A stretch of 40,978 nucleotides of DNA from Moniliella sp. 'wahieum' (Eukaryota): positions 248,001-288,978 of the forward strand of contig RSEE01000090.1 of NCBI GenBank assembly GCA_003971905.1, written 5' to 3'. This document shows, one piece after another, positions 11,135-22,500 of this stretch. A model generated the notes under the pieces. The model saw nothing but the letters and a program-made list of their open reading frames with translations, was not told the origin of the DNA and made no database searches. How positions within the stretch are numbered: position 1 is the first letter of the stretch; every line of letters begins with the position of its first letter. Made by a program: the position numbers and the translations under genes.

Positions 11135-13505
11135 ATGAGCGCGTTGCGGCCCACGCGGCGTCCCCAGGTGTCGCTCGAGGCGCAGCTGCAGCAGCTCACC
11201 CTCTTCAAGCGACCTGGACGCGCCGACGACAACCTCGAGCAGCTCGGCCCCATCATCAAATCTCTCGACGAGGCTGGCCAGCAGGATGCTTTCTGCGCTA
11301 CCTCGAGCGCTTCATTGCCGACAGGCACGGACATTGAGCGCATCTGCAGCGACAACCATATGGCCTTTGTTTGCTGCGCTCGACAAGCTGCTCAGGTCCG
11401 CTCTGGCACCGTCTCGCTCCGCCACCGCATTGCCGAACTCAATGACGAGGTCCAAACTGGCGGCAGCTCGGTGGCCGACCGCAAACGTAACTGCTCCAGC
11501 GCGTCGGACCGCTTCCAACATTGATGATGCATCGGAGATTGTGGAGGGTGTTCGCGTGCTCAGACGGCGGATACGATCCAAGGTCTGATTGCGATCGGCG
11601 GTATTACGCCGCGCTGCGGTCGCTGTCGGACCTGGAGGCGGTGCAGCTGCGTAGTGTGGCCCACTACGAATGGGCCAAGCACATGCTCGAGTCCATCCCT
11701 GCCTCGCGCGACGCAGTCAAAGATGCGGTGACGAAAGAGATGCGCGAATGGTTGTTCCAGGCGCGGGAGAAACAACGTACGGTAGGCCGGTTGGCGCTCG
11801 ATGCGATGGATGCGCGTGCCAAGCGGTGGAAGGCGAAAGCGCAAAAAGACCCGACCTTGGCCTGGCCAAGATCAACTCGCCGATCGAGCAGGTGGTCAAC
11901 GAGAAGAACGACAATAACTTTGTGGATAATGAGCACGTTTCGATCGATTTCAAGCCCTTGTACCAAGCCATCCACATTTACGACGTGCTAGGTCAGCGCG
12001 AGGTGCTGCAACGCTCGTACCAGGAGGACCGAGCGGCCCAGGCAAGCCTTCTTCTTTCCCAGGGTCTCTCCTTTGACCCCGCTCGGCCCACCTTCCCGGC
12101 ATTGCTGGAAGAGGTGGTGGGCTTCTTTTTGGTAGAGCATCATGTTCTTCAAACTGCTCCCCCTGGGTGGCGGTCAGAGCAGGACGTGGACGATTTGTGG
12201 GACACGTTTTGTGAGCGGGTGGTCGGACTGGTCCGGACAGGACTCAAAGAGTGCACAGAGACCAACGTGTTTGTCACCACCAAGAACTCGATCGTGCTCT
12301 TTATCCAGACGCTGGAAGGGTACAACTACAGCGTCTCGCAGCTTACCACCCTCCTCGTCTCCCTCTTTACCCAGTACTCCCAGTTGCTCCGCACGCGCTT
12401 CCGCAATGACTTTGAACAAGCTGTGGCCGAGACCGAACAGCAACCTATGGTCGTCTCCAACAGCGATGAACTGCGCAAGGTGATCAATGTCTGTTGGCTT
12501 CAGCCGGGCGATGCCGAGCGGTTGCGGCAACAACCCTTCCCTCTCACCCTGCCCTTTGCCCAGACGTATCCGTTGTGTTGCATGGACATTCGCCAGCTGG
12601 TGGATGAGTACTACTCTTACGTTGGCGTCCTGGCCCAGCCCACCATCGGCAACTGGACGATGTGCTGAAAGCGAGTCTGGACGAACTGCTAATCCAAAGG
12701 GTAGGCGCCTCGGTACGCAAGGCGGTGGAACGGACGACCAACTTGGCCCAGGTGGCCAAATCGTCGTCACGGCCGCCGAACACTTTAAATTGGCTGCCAA
12801 GGAGTTGGAGCGACTCTTTATCTCCCTTCGTCCTCCTGCCAGCGGCAGTCGCACCCCAGCACGCCGAGCGCTCGATCTGGCATCGCACTTTGATGCCTCG
12901 CTCGACTTGGCCAACAAGCGCATCGATACCGCGACCACGGCCAAGCTGGGCCAATCGCTGGACGTGGAGGAATTCGACACGCAACCGCGCACGGCGCGGC
13001 GCGACCCGGCCGACCACTTACCCGAGATGTTGGTGTGGCTAACGACGATGATGGAGAGTGTGCTGGCCCGTTGCCGTACAGCAGCAAGCATCGTGCGTAC
13101 GAGAATGCGTTCCGGTTCATTGCGGAGCACTTGACGCGCACCTGCTTGCTCAACGAGCGGGAAGACGTGCTCAACGAAAATGCCATCCGCAACTTGATGG
13201 TCGACGTGGCCTTTTTGCAAGAACATGCGCGTCACTTTTCCACCTCAAACGAACCCGACTTTGGAACGGCGTTCAACGAGCTAAGCCAAACTTTACAGTT
13301 GGTCCTGACCAACCAGGCGGGCGACTATGCCCACTCCACCACCCTCCGCGCCCAGCGCTTCCCCGACGTTCGCCCCGCCACCCTGTGCATCGTCCTGGAC
13401 AAGCTCGCCCACTCGTACGCCGCCATGCCTGGCCAGCAGAACCAAGAACGCGCCAACGCGCTCTACCGCACCCGCGATAGCGTCGCGCGGCTCATTCGGC
13501 GGTAG
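11135..13505 (+). CDS. SEC15: Exocyst complex component Sec15; no intron seen; several frameshifts
   Basis: LEQLGPIIK...IERICSDN...RYYAALRSLSDLE...VSIDFKPLYQAIHIYDVLG...YQEDRAAQASLLL...LLEEVVGFFLVE...DVDDLWD...LPFAQTYPLCCMDIR...NLAQVAQI..., ~790 codons in total, consistent with Sec15. Confidence 0.93.
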
Positions 13506-13556
13506 CCACCCAGCCAACATGCCAAGTCAGGCATGTGGATTGCGAATGAATGGACG

Positions 13557-13642
13557 AGAGTACCAGAGTAGCAGAGTACCAGAGTACCAGAGTACCAGAG
13601 TACCAGAGTACCAGAGTACCAGAGTACCAGAGTACCAGAGTA
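13557..13642. repeat. Tandem array of the 8-mer CAGAGTAC, ~10 copies
   Basis: Directly visible ...agagtaccagagtagcagagtaccagagtacc..., about 50 bp after the SEC15 stop. Confidence 0.95.
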
Positions 13643-14614
13643 GAGGGGGATTTGGAACGGATCTGTGTACTCCTCCCCCCGAGGAGCCGAGGCGTCTCGG
13701 CAGTTCATTAATCGTTTCCCTTGGTCCCGCCCCGCCGGGCCGCTTAGCTAATACACCGGCACCCCGTGGTCCCCTTGTGAGACGCAGACGTGGAAATTGC
13801 AACCAGGCAACCGCTAACCGTTGGTGATTGAACATTGCACATTGCAAATTGCAGTTGAACGCTTGCTCCTGCCCTGCTGTCTGCGACCTGGCCGGCGCAA
13901 GCACAAGGATGGAGATCCGTGTCCAGAGCGTAGGGACGAGGACCCTAGGAACCGCAGCGCCAGGCCAGTACGACCAGTACACCTATACTCCAGCGCCGAG
14001 GTAGAGCAGACCGAGGGGCCTACATCATACATCATTGTCCCCTCGACGAGATCGACACGCATTTCCAAGGTACTATGAGATGCTTGCCATGCAATCTCCC
14101 GGGGAGCCTAGGCGCCACCAGCGGGAGAGACAGGAAGGATGCCGGAACCAAACAGATCATGGCGAGAGGGCAGCGAGGGGAATACAGAAGGAACACAACA
14201 GCAACAGCAACAGCAACAGTAACAGCAGCAAAAAAAAAAGAAATCAAAAGGGGGTACACTGGGGAGGGTGCAACAGGGAGCAAAGACCGCGTCGGGACAG
14301 CCAACACTTGTCCTTGTCTCGCCTGCCATGGAAGTGCAGGATGGAGGCAACGAGGCAGCGAGGCAGCAGCGAGGCGGCGAGGTAGCGAGACCAGCCACGT
14401 GGACGGACCGGTCGCCCGCGACCGCATATCGTATATCGTCATAGCGGTCCGAGGGGCCACTTGATCCGTGTGATCCAAGCAGGTGCCCACGGGCAAAAAC
14501 AGGCGAAAGCAGGTAAAACGGTGGGCAAAAAACAAGCGAGGAAACAAATGTCGCTTCCCCCCTCCCCTCGTCTGCGCGCTTTGAGAGGTACAGTGAGAGA
14601 GGTGAGAGGGGAAG

Positions 14615-16239
14615 TCACAATCTGAGGCGAGAAGGAGAAGCCGTGTTGGCCAGCGCTCCGTCCAGACAAGCCTCATACGGCGGACCATTGCCATTCGGTC
14701 CAATCTGGCTCGAGTTGGAACACTGTGGGAAGGAGGCAATGGCGCCAATCGGGTTTGGGGCAGGACACTTGAGCCGGTAAGGAGGAGGTGGGGAAGAAGG
14801 GAGGAAACGGAAACGTCGGTACTAGCGCGTGAACGGCCGCCACCGGTACTGTCGTTGTCGTTATCGCGGTCGTTGTCGGTGGTGTGGTTATTGTCGTGGT
14901 CGTTGTCCCCGCTCAAACTGGGCGTGAGAGGGGGAGCCAACGGGGGTCGTAGGTGGCACGAGCGTTGCGCCCGACCCGGACCCCGACTTCGACCCCGCGT
15001 CAGTCAACACGGCCACCGCGGGCAAGTAGGGCCACAATAAAAGTACCGTCGATCTTCCGGGTCGGTACATCGGCCTGCCTGTTCGGGTTGGGCTTGACGC
15101 AGCGCTCGTTGGCGCACGTACTCGGCGCCTTTGAGTAGCCGGTCCATGTGCCCCGACCAGCGACAGTTCGTATTGGCACGCATGCACGCCCAGCCATGGT
15201 GCAACGCGCGCTCGGCAGTGTCTCCACCAAGCGCATCTGCCACCTTGGGCACCATGGCCAGCAAACCTTCAGGGCCGAGCGACTCAAACTGCGTGTGGTA
15301 GCACACCTCGTGCGCTACGGGCGTACAGGGCGAAGGAGGCGAAGCGGGTCCCGAGGACGAGGACGGGAAGAAGTGGGGGCCGGCCGGGGCGCGTGCGCAG
15401 CGTCCGGCCCACTGCTACGATCCAGGCTGTACTGCCGCGCCCAGAGCGCAGTGACGGGCACACTGTTGGCAGGCCGCACGGGCTGGTCTTTAGTCGTCGG
15501 GAATGGGCGCAACCGAAGTCCATGGGTACTCGGTCTCTTCTTGAATCATCTCGTACCCGGTGCCTCGACCCTTCCTCCTCCTCCTCCTTTCCTCGTCGTG
15601 CCGCTCGTCCCCCTCGCGACACACATACGGTCCTGCCTCCGAAACGAAACGAAGTGCAGCCGGACGAAGGGAGGGGCGGGAAGGGAGGACGTGAGGGACT
15701 GGGTGTGTGCCAGAGCTGGCTTAGACCGGGGCTTCGACCCAGACGGAGAGCGGGAGGGGGCACCCGAACACCCACTCAGCACACTCGTCGCCACCGTGCT
15801 GGTACTGGTGCGGGGGGAACAGGCGCGCTCCGACACGGCCGAGGGGGAACCAAAGGAGCTGCGGAACGGGTCAAGGGACGACTGCGACGAGCTCCACAGC
15901 ATGGAGCCAGGGGCGGACGGACAGCAGGTGCGGCTGAGGCCTGGGGGGTACGGGACGGAGCGGGTGCAGGAGCGGGTGAAGACGAGAGCCAGGGGGCGGA
16001 GCGTGGGAGGAGGCTCGGACCAACGCGGCGGCGGTCGCGGGTTGTGGCTGTGGGGGCGGCGATGGAGGCGTTGGTTCGCTGCTCGCGCGGCGCTTCATGC
16101 TGCTGATGGGGGGCGGCGGAGGAGGCGGCAGCGGCGACGGCAACGGCAGGGGCAGGACGAGTGCGGGGCGAGAGGGAAGGTGTGCCATGCGCTGGGTGAC
16201 AAGGCGCGGGCTGGAGGTGGGGGGTGAGGACGAGGGCAT
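14615..16239 (-). CDS. Hypothetical low-complexity (Pro/Ser-rich) protein; boundaries uncertain; frameshifted
   Basis: cccATG start MPSSSPPTSSPR... followed by overlapping minus-strand ORFs, including a globular-looking stretch CYHTQFESLGPEGLLAMVPKVADALGGDTAERALHHGWACMRANTNCRWSGHMDRLLKGAEYV. No family recognised. Confidence 0.4.
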
Positions 16240-18484
16240 GGGGAGACAGCTGGGGAGCACGCCGAAAGGGAGAGCGCGAGGGCGCAGCGTGGCGGGCGGG
16301 AGAAAGAGGCGGAGGCGGAGGAGAAGAGGGGGACCACGCAGCCAGAGTGGAGTGGAGTGGCGAGGGATGAGGTCGATGAGGGATGTGTCGATGAGCGGCT
16401 GAGCTGCGGCTGGCCGGTAGCCACGGAATGCGTCGCTGAAGCTTGAAGCTTGAAGAGGCGGTGGCAACAAAAGCTCCGAAGAGCTGGCTGCACTGATCGA
16501 TGACCGGTGATCTGATCTCAGACCCAGATTCAGATCTGAATCTCACCCGCCCTAGACTCCCCCCCTGCCTGGCCGCCGTCTCGCATGTCACACATCCGCA
16601 CCTCAGCACAGGTGCCTGCCCGCTGGATGCGGTAGCGCTGAGACTCAGCGCTCAGCGGGTGCTCGGCTGCCCTCTGACTCAGTGATCGAGTATCAAGCAT
16701 CGGATCACGAGATCACTCGCCTCGCACTCGTCACGCATTGTACGCAGCCAAGAGAGGCCAGTGGTGCGTGGTAGCGGCAACCGGTTAGCCTACCAGGCAA
16801 CCGCCTGGCGCTTGCCGCTTCTAGCAGGGCTTGCGCCAGGTACGCGGTACGCGTTGCGCTGGCCGGTGAGCCTCAGCGCGAGCCCACGCCCTGGCGGGGG
16901 GCGTGGAGTGGGGTGGCTATTGGCGCAGCGTGCAGGGCTGGGGACGCGATGGATGATAACGCTTGGATAGCCTGGCGCCTGCCTCAGCGCCTCAGCGTGC
17001 ACAGCGGGTGGAGTGTCAGCGCGTGAGCTTATGTGGCAGGTGCACCCAGTCGGCAGGGCAGTCTGATTCAGCAGGCCTCAGGCCCAGGCTGGATCCAGCA
17101 TGCTACGTGCGGCGCCCAGTTGAAAGTTGCAGCAGCCATCGGGGCAAGATGGAATGGGATCGGCGATCGCCTGCATCCCATACAGACACCCTGGTGGCTG
17201 GCGTGCTGCATCCACCAGCTAACCCTGCATCGCTCCCCTGCCCTCCTGTGCCACGCGGCGCACCCCACTGGCGCCCCGCCTCCGTGCTTCAAGCGTCTGG
17301 CCTTCAGGCTTACCAATGCACTGCTTCGTCCGATCGATCCTCAGGCTGAGGCCTAAGCCAAGCCAAGCCGTCCCTGCATTGAACATTGAATGCTCAACCC
17401 AACAATCGGGTGAGCCAAAGATGCTACAAAGGCCTACTGGTCATCCCCTCCTTCTTCTTCCCTCTATGCTACCCACTCCTTTCGCTCGCCAGCAGCAACC
17501 ATCAGTAGAACGTGCAGCCAAAAGACTCAATCTCCTTTTCCCCCTACCATCTCTTGCTTATTCTGACACTTGATGCTTGACCCCTGAGGCAGCCTGAGCC
17601 CAATGAGGCTTGAAGCTCGATTAACGATTTTGCCGTCTCGTGTCGCACGGGCAAAGCCACCGGTATCGTATATCACGATCGATGCATCAAGCCCCGTCTC
17701 TCTGCATCCTGCTTCTCGTCCAAACCAACTAAAACAACAGGCCACGATCGCGTCAAGACCGTTGGGCCGATGATGCCCAGCGTGATGATGCAGTGAGACG
17801 GGGGTGATCGTATTTGAAGATCGACTGGGGACGGATAGGATCGATAGATGCAGAGGGGGATCGGGGGTTACTACTTTAATGCCGATGGTCCGTAGCATCG
17901 ATCTGTTTGTGGCTCCCAAGGGACACATCGCCGCGGTCACAAAAGACATATAGTACAGGTTGCCTGATATACATTCAAACCACATATGGACTGTGGGGTG
18001 CGGTTTCATTTTAGTAGCCCCATACCCAAGTGTGTTGGATCCTTTCTTGGGGCATGTCTACAGGCCTCAGATCTCAGATCTCGTAAGACCAGTGCTGTCC
18101 ACCCCAGACTCTTGGCATCGTGTGGTGGCCATGTGGGTAGGCAAAAAATATACGTGATCGGCGTCTTCTTTCCCTCCTTCACGGCTGCGGACTGTGTATG
18201 TGAAATTTCCATGTTCTGCGTCTTGGGGATAAAGCACATTGTTTGCCTATGGGGCATATATAAACTTTGCTTATTGTTTTCCCGTGATCGGCGCCGTAGC
18301 ATTCATCTCTTTCCCGTTATAATGCCTCCGCTTGCAAATATCCCAACAAGCTGCGAAAGCACATACCAACAAGGCAGAAGGCGAACAAGGCAGACTCTCC
18401 TCCAACACTATTTTATAGGTTGCATGCTAGCTACTAGTATAATATCAACGCCACTGACATTTTAGTGCTCGACTATATACCCTT

Positions 18485-20498
18485 CTATAGATTGTCTTCG
18501 TCGCTGTTGGTGTGGTTCACATATGCTTGCTTCGCCGTTGATGCAGCATTCCTATTCAAACTCTTCATCTTCGCTGGCAGGGTCCAAAACGATGCGTGGG
18601 ACGGACGACTGGTCCGCGCAATGGGCCTACGCCGCCTCGCGCCCTCCCGGCGGTATGCTGAAGGGGCATCACCCACAGCAGCCCGGCGGCGTTGAGCAAT
18701 CACTTGCGCCAGTGTTTCGGCATCGCGCTGCTCTGTGCTCGGTTGTCCCAGGCGCAAATTGAGGTTGCTGTGGCCCTTTGGAGGGGTTTTCAATGCGTAC
18801 TCCACCAGCACATGCTTGAGATGCGCAACATGCCAAATAGAAGGCGTGGTGATTGTGATCGCCTCCTGCGCCCCCCCTGCGCCAATATCATGAATCGCCT
18901 CGGAATGGCCGTTTGGATCAATCTTGCACTTGCTCGAGCAGCAATGCTGTAGCCCTACAAGGTTGCCAATCCGCTTTATATCCGGGTCCAAAATGATCAG
19001 CCATGAGTGTTGCAACACAATACAAACACGTGGATATAGGGATGGTAAACGTACACTGGCCAAGGCGAATCGTTCAGCATGGCGGGGCAATTCTTCCACG
19101 ATGCGGCAATCGGATTCAGGCTGAACACGCCCAGTTACAAGCATTGGCTTATAGACAATCCAGACCGAATCCAGGGGACCGTGCACCTTGTCAGTTGCAA
19201 CGCCAATGGATTGAACCTCACCAATCGTAAACGGAGCTTGATTCCCGGATGGCTGGTCGGGACCTTCCATACGAATGGTTACCCGGTGACCTTCACTTAC
19301 CACTTCCCCGGTTTGGGCGACCACATTCTTGGCTTGGGTGAAATGGGTAAGTGAGCGACCTTTGCCTGATCATCTGCGGGAAATCGGGCCACCTCGCGTT
19401 GGGTCAGGCGAGGAAGAAAGTACCGATTCAAACCAAGATTTGGTTGATGTCGATAGCTTTTGAAGGTAACATATCCTTTCAGGCCATGCATGCGCAGTGT
19501 TAGCCTCTAGCACCATTGCATCACAAAAAGTGTTTGGCGGAGGGGGGGCGTACCGGGCGTTCTTTTGGCCCTGATATCAGCCAAGCATTGAGCCATCAGA
19601 TTCGCCGCACCGGGGGGGAGGCAACTGCAACTTCCTGTTCCCTTTCCATTGAGGTAAGGTGAAACCAGGAGTCGAGTAGTGCTTGATACCTCTTTGCGCC
19701 AAAGCACGTGGATAATGTCGCGGCTGGGGTTATGCCCATTTGTCCGTGTTGCAGCCGCACGTGCAGGCCCTACTTGCGTCTCGAACCGGGCAGTATCAGC
19801 ATTGAAAACTGGGCCATAGTACCGAATGCAGGCCCGCACATGAGCAAAGATGTGGAACTTGTGCTTCCGTTCCAACAGTGTCTCTTCCCCGGGGATCAGC
19901 GACAATTTGTCCGCGAGGTCAAACAGAGCTTGTTGAACAGAATCCTGCATGGAGAGAAAATTTAACCCTCATCCTCATCGACAACTATACCGTCTTCATG
20001 GTCTCGATCAGGAGCGGCCTCGTCGTCAGGATTGTCCTGATACTCGTCAGGTGATGTGCCAGTTGAGCCGTTCTTTGAAAGGGGGAAGTCTCTGCCAGAG
20101 ACCAATGCTGCTAATTCCCTGGCTTCAGCCTCTTCCCTCATCCGATGTGCGAGTAGCCTCTTGCCCCTTGCGTGCTCGGCGGACCTCGTAACGTGCTTGT
20201 GGAAAGAACCCAATTGTATCGGCGGCGTGGAATGATTACACACAAACATCGATAGAGTACGGTGCCTTCGATGGTGACCGGTCCCAATAGTTTCTGTTTT
20301 CGGGATCAAGTTCGGGTTCCGGCGAGTGGGCATGCTGCTGGCAGATTGTGGGGTCGGGGGAGATGGATGGTGTGCCTGTAGGAGAGTCCTTCAGGTAGGT
20401 GAGCCGCTGAGCAGTTGTGTCTCTGTCCGGCGGAAGTGGGCTTGACCTGTGTCTGTTCGTTTTCACGCGCCTCACGAGTCACGGGTTACATGCTGCAT
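18485..20498 (-). pseudogene. Transposase remnant: N-terminal part joined directly to the C-terminal part, catalytic core missing
   Basis: KFHIFAHVRACIRYYGPVFNADTARFETQVGPARAAATRTNGHNPSRDII matches the K-x-H-x3-H...IR-x-FGP...TE-x-FE...N-x3-PSRDI pattern of basidiomycete CACTA/Plavaka-type transposases. Downstream are VVAQTGEVV...IGEVQSI...GLQHCCSSKC (VQHxC-like). Stops and frameshifts are present. Confidence 0.75.
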
Positions 20499-20825
20499 CT
20501 TACAGGTTGTGGAGCTTATCGACAAGCGGGACGAGCGAGGAGAGGACGACGAGACTTTCTTCGCGCGCGCGACCCTGCCGTGACGCGTGATGTGGCACGG
20601 CGCCAGACAAGCCTAGTTGGGCTTCACAGTGATGTGGCACCTGACATTGAATATTGAGCACTGGGTAACTCGGAGGGCGCCAGACTCGCTCTGTGTTTTA
20701 ATCATTCATTCCACCTTCTTTTTGGGTGATGATCGACGAAACAGCGGCCCCAGGCCTCACTTTGAGGTGGTACGGTCACATCTCGCTCCGCACATCTCAG
20801 CTCGCTCCCTGTACGGCCTCTGGGG

Positions 20826-22500
20826 ATGAGGCGACCACATAGCCGCATTCCTTTTAGGCGAACTGGATGCTCTCCCCCCACCACCTTTCCCGCCATCATC
20901 TTTCCGTTGAGGCAGTACTGCCCACTCTACAAAGCCTCCCTCCCGCACCGCCAAGAGGTCCCAGGCATCTCGGACCAACTATGCCGCTCCCCGCCGCCCG
21001 AGGACACCCGACATATCAGCCCCGAGCCGGAGCCCTTGGTGGAGACTGCTTTCGAAGCTGACGAACTGATCCAGGAGGAACCGCGTGACGACGCCAGTGG
21101 GTCACCAGCTTGTCTGACGGGGGAGAGGGAGGAGCTCAAGACCCCCGGAGAGGTGTAGCCGCTTCTCCCTCTCCGGCTCCCGACCCGGATGGTTCAGTGC
21201 TTATGCATGCTTTGGACGAGCCGAGGGCGACGGCGATGAACAACGATTCAGATGAGGTGGATGTTGACATTGACGACTTGTTACCCGCCCAACAGACGCC
21301 GATGAAGAAGCGAGTCTCATTATTCAGGAGAAATGTCCTTATATTCCGCCTGATCTGGCCCTTTCGCCGGCGGAGGAGGTCATTATTTCTTCGAACGCGT
21401 CTTGTTACAAACAACACCGCCAAGTTGTATCACTCCCAGGACAGTGAGATCACTCCATGAGGAAGCAAGAACCTTCGGGAGCTCTTTATGTGAACAGTGC
21501 GAAGCAAGAATCATTCGCCAGGGGCTTTACCATGGCCAACCCACGCCAGTACTTCGAACGCTTGCTGGAGCACAACAAGGTCGGGACCATCAGCTCTTGC
21601 CGCTAACCCAACGATTACTTGCAAAGTACTGACATTTTCTCCCTCTTTACACGAACGGATCGCTACTCACGTCCTGGTACAGAGAGCTCTCGGCATGGAT
21701 TTTTCTGCATCCCGAAAGCAGGGCCTGCAACAACAAAGACTTAGACATGTTTTTCCGTCGGCAACTGGTTTGTTCGTCTCGAGGTCTCGAAAGTTTAACT
21801 TTGACACGGCCCAACTCCTGGCTCACATCGGTCGAGAAAAACAGTTTGTCAACACCCTGTTGACGGTGTTCCTGAACCCGGCCTGGTCCACCATGCGTCG
21901 CCGCATTTACGATTGGCGGTACGTTGTGTGCACATACCCGATATGACCATGACCTCTGTTCTTGCAGTCGGAGATATTGACTTTTGGTCATTTCATTCAG
22001 CCCATGTCTGTGGATGCAACGAACCAGGAGGTCTGGATGAAACAAACTGCGGCATGGACATCAAGGGCTTGGGGGAGTATAGGGACCAACACGCAAGCTC
22101 ACGTTCCCACGGTGTCTCGTCGCAAAGTCGTGACCATGCTTTTGGCTACAGCGATGATAAAGCAAATCTTTGGGGGCGTGCGGCCAGACTCAACCCCCAC
22201 CCGGGGAGGGAATCAGCATCCCCGAGCAGGGAATCAGGATCCCGGAGCGGGAATCAGGATCCCGGGGCACCAGGTCGAGACGGGCGAGGATGCTGATGGC
22301 CTGCCGGAGAACCTCACTGGAACAACTGGCCCCGCATCCCAAAAGGGCACCAAGAGGGCGAAGACACTGGACGCGTGGGCGGAGATCCAAAGTTGATTGA
22401 CCAGGAACCCCGTATCATCGAGAAGTGCCGTGCAAACGTGGTATACCAAAACGCTGGAATGGGTCAACGGCATTTCTCCTCTCCTTCACTTTCCTCCTCC
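20826..22500 (+). pseudogene. Putative transposon accessory gene, decayed, with intron remnants (e.g. 21919-21967)
   Basis: Acidic/Pro-rich N-terminus, helical core (LHERIATHVLVQRALG...FLNPAWSTMRRRIYDWR), C-terminal DAWAEIQ.LIDQEP. Has a GTACGT...TTGCAG intron and multiple in-frame stops. Divergent from the transposase remnant. Confidence 0.5.
22208..22267 (+). repeat. Three imperfect ~20-21-bp tandem units GGGAATCAG(C/G)ATCCC(C/G)GAGC
   Basis: Directly visible; encodes GNQHPRA/GNQDPGA repeats inside the accessory ORF. Confidence 0.8.

Larger units (their letters stand above)
18485..22500. mobile_element. Degenerate, internally deleted fungal CACTA/Plavaka-like DNA transposon with two divergent genes; termini not identified
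   Basis: Lower-GC block carrying transposase C-terminal motifs on the minus strand and a decayed accessory gene on the plus strand, separated by a short divergent promoter region (~20500-20820). Confidence 0.7.

Noticed and set aside
12174..13235. 353-aa minus-strand ORF
   Set aside because: Antisense to SEC15; no recognisable motifs.
11135..13505. SEC15 as a pseudogene or programmed-frameshift gene
   Set aside because: The same kind of indel affects nearly all genes in the window while the protein motifs stay conserved; assembly error is the simpler explanation.
13557..13642. CRISPR-like or telomeric array (also 30829-30868 and 34511-34581)
   Set aside because: Head-to-tail short units without unique spacers, not TTAGGG-like, in a eukaryotic interstitial context.
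15148..16227. 359-aa plus-strand Gly/Arg-rich ORF
   Set aside because: Reverse complement of the Pro/Ser-rich minus-strand coding sequence; composition typical of a shadow ORF.
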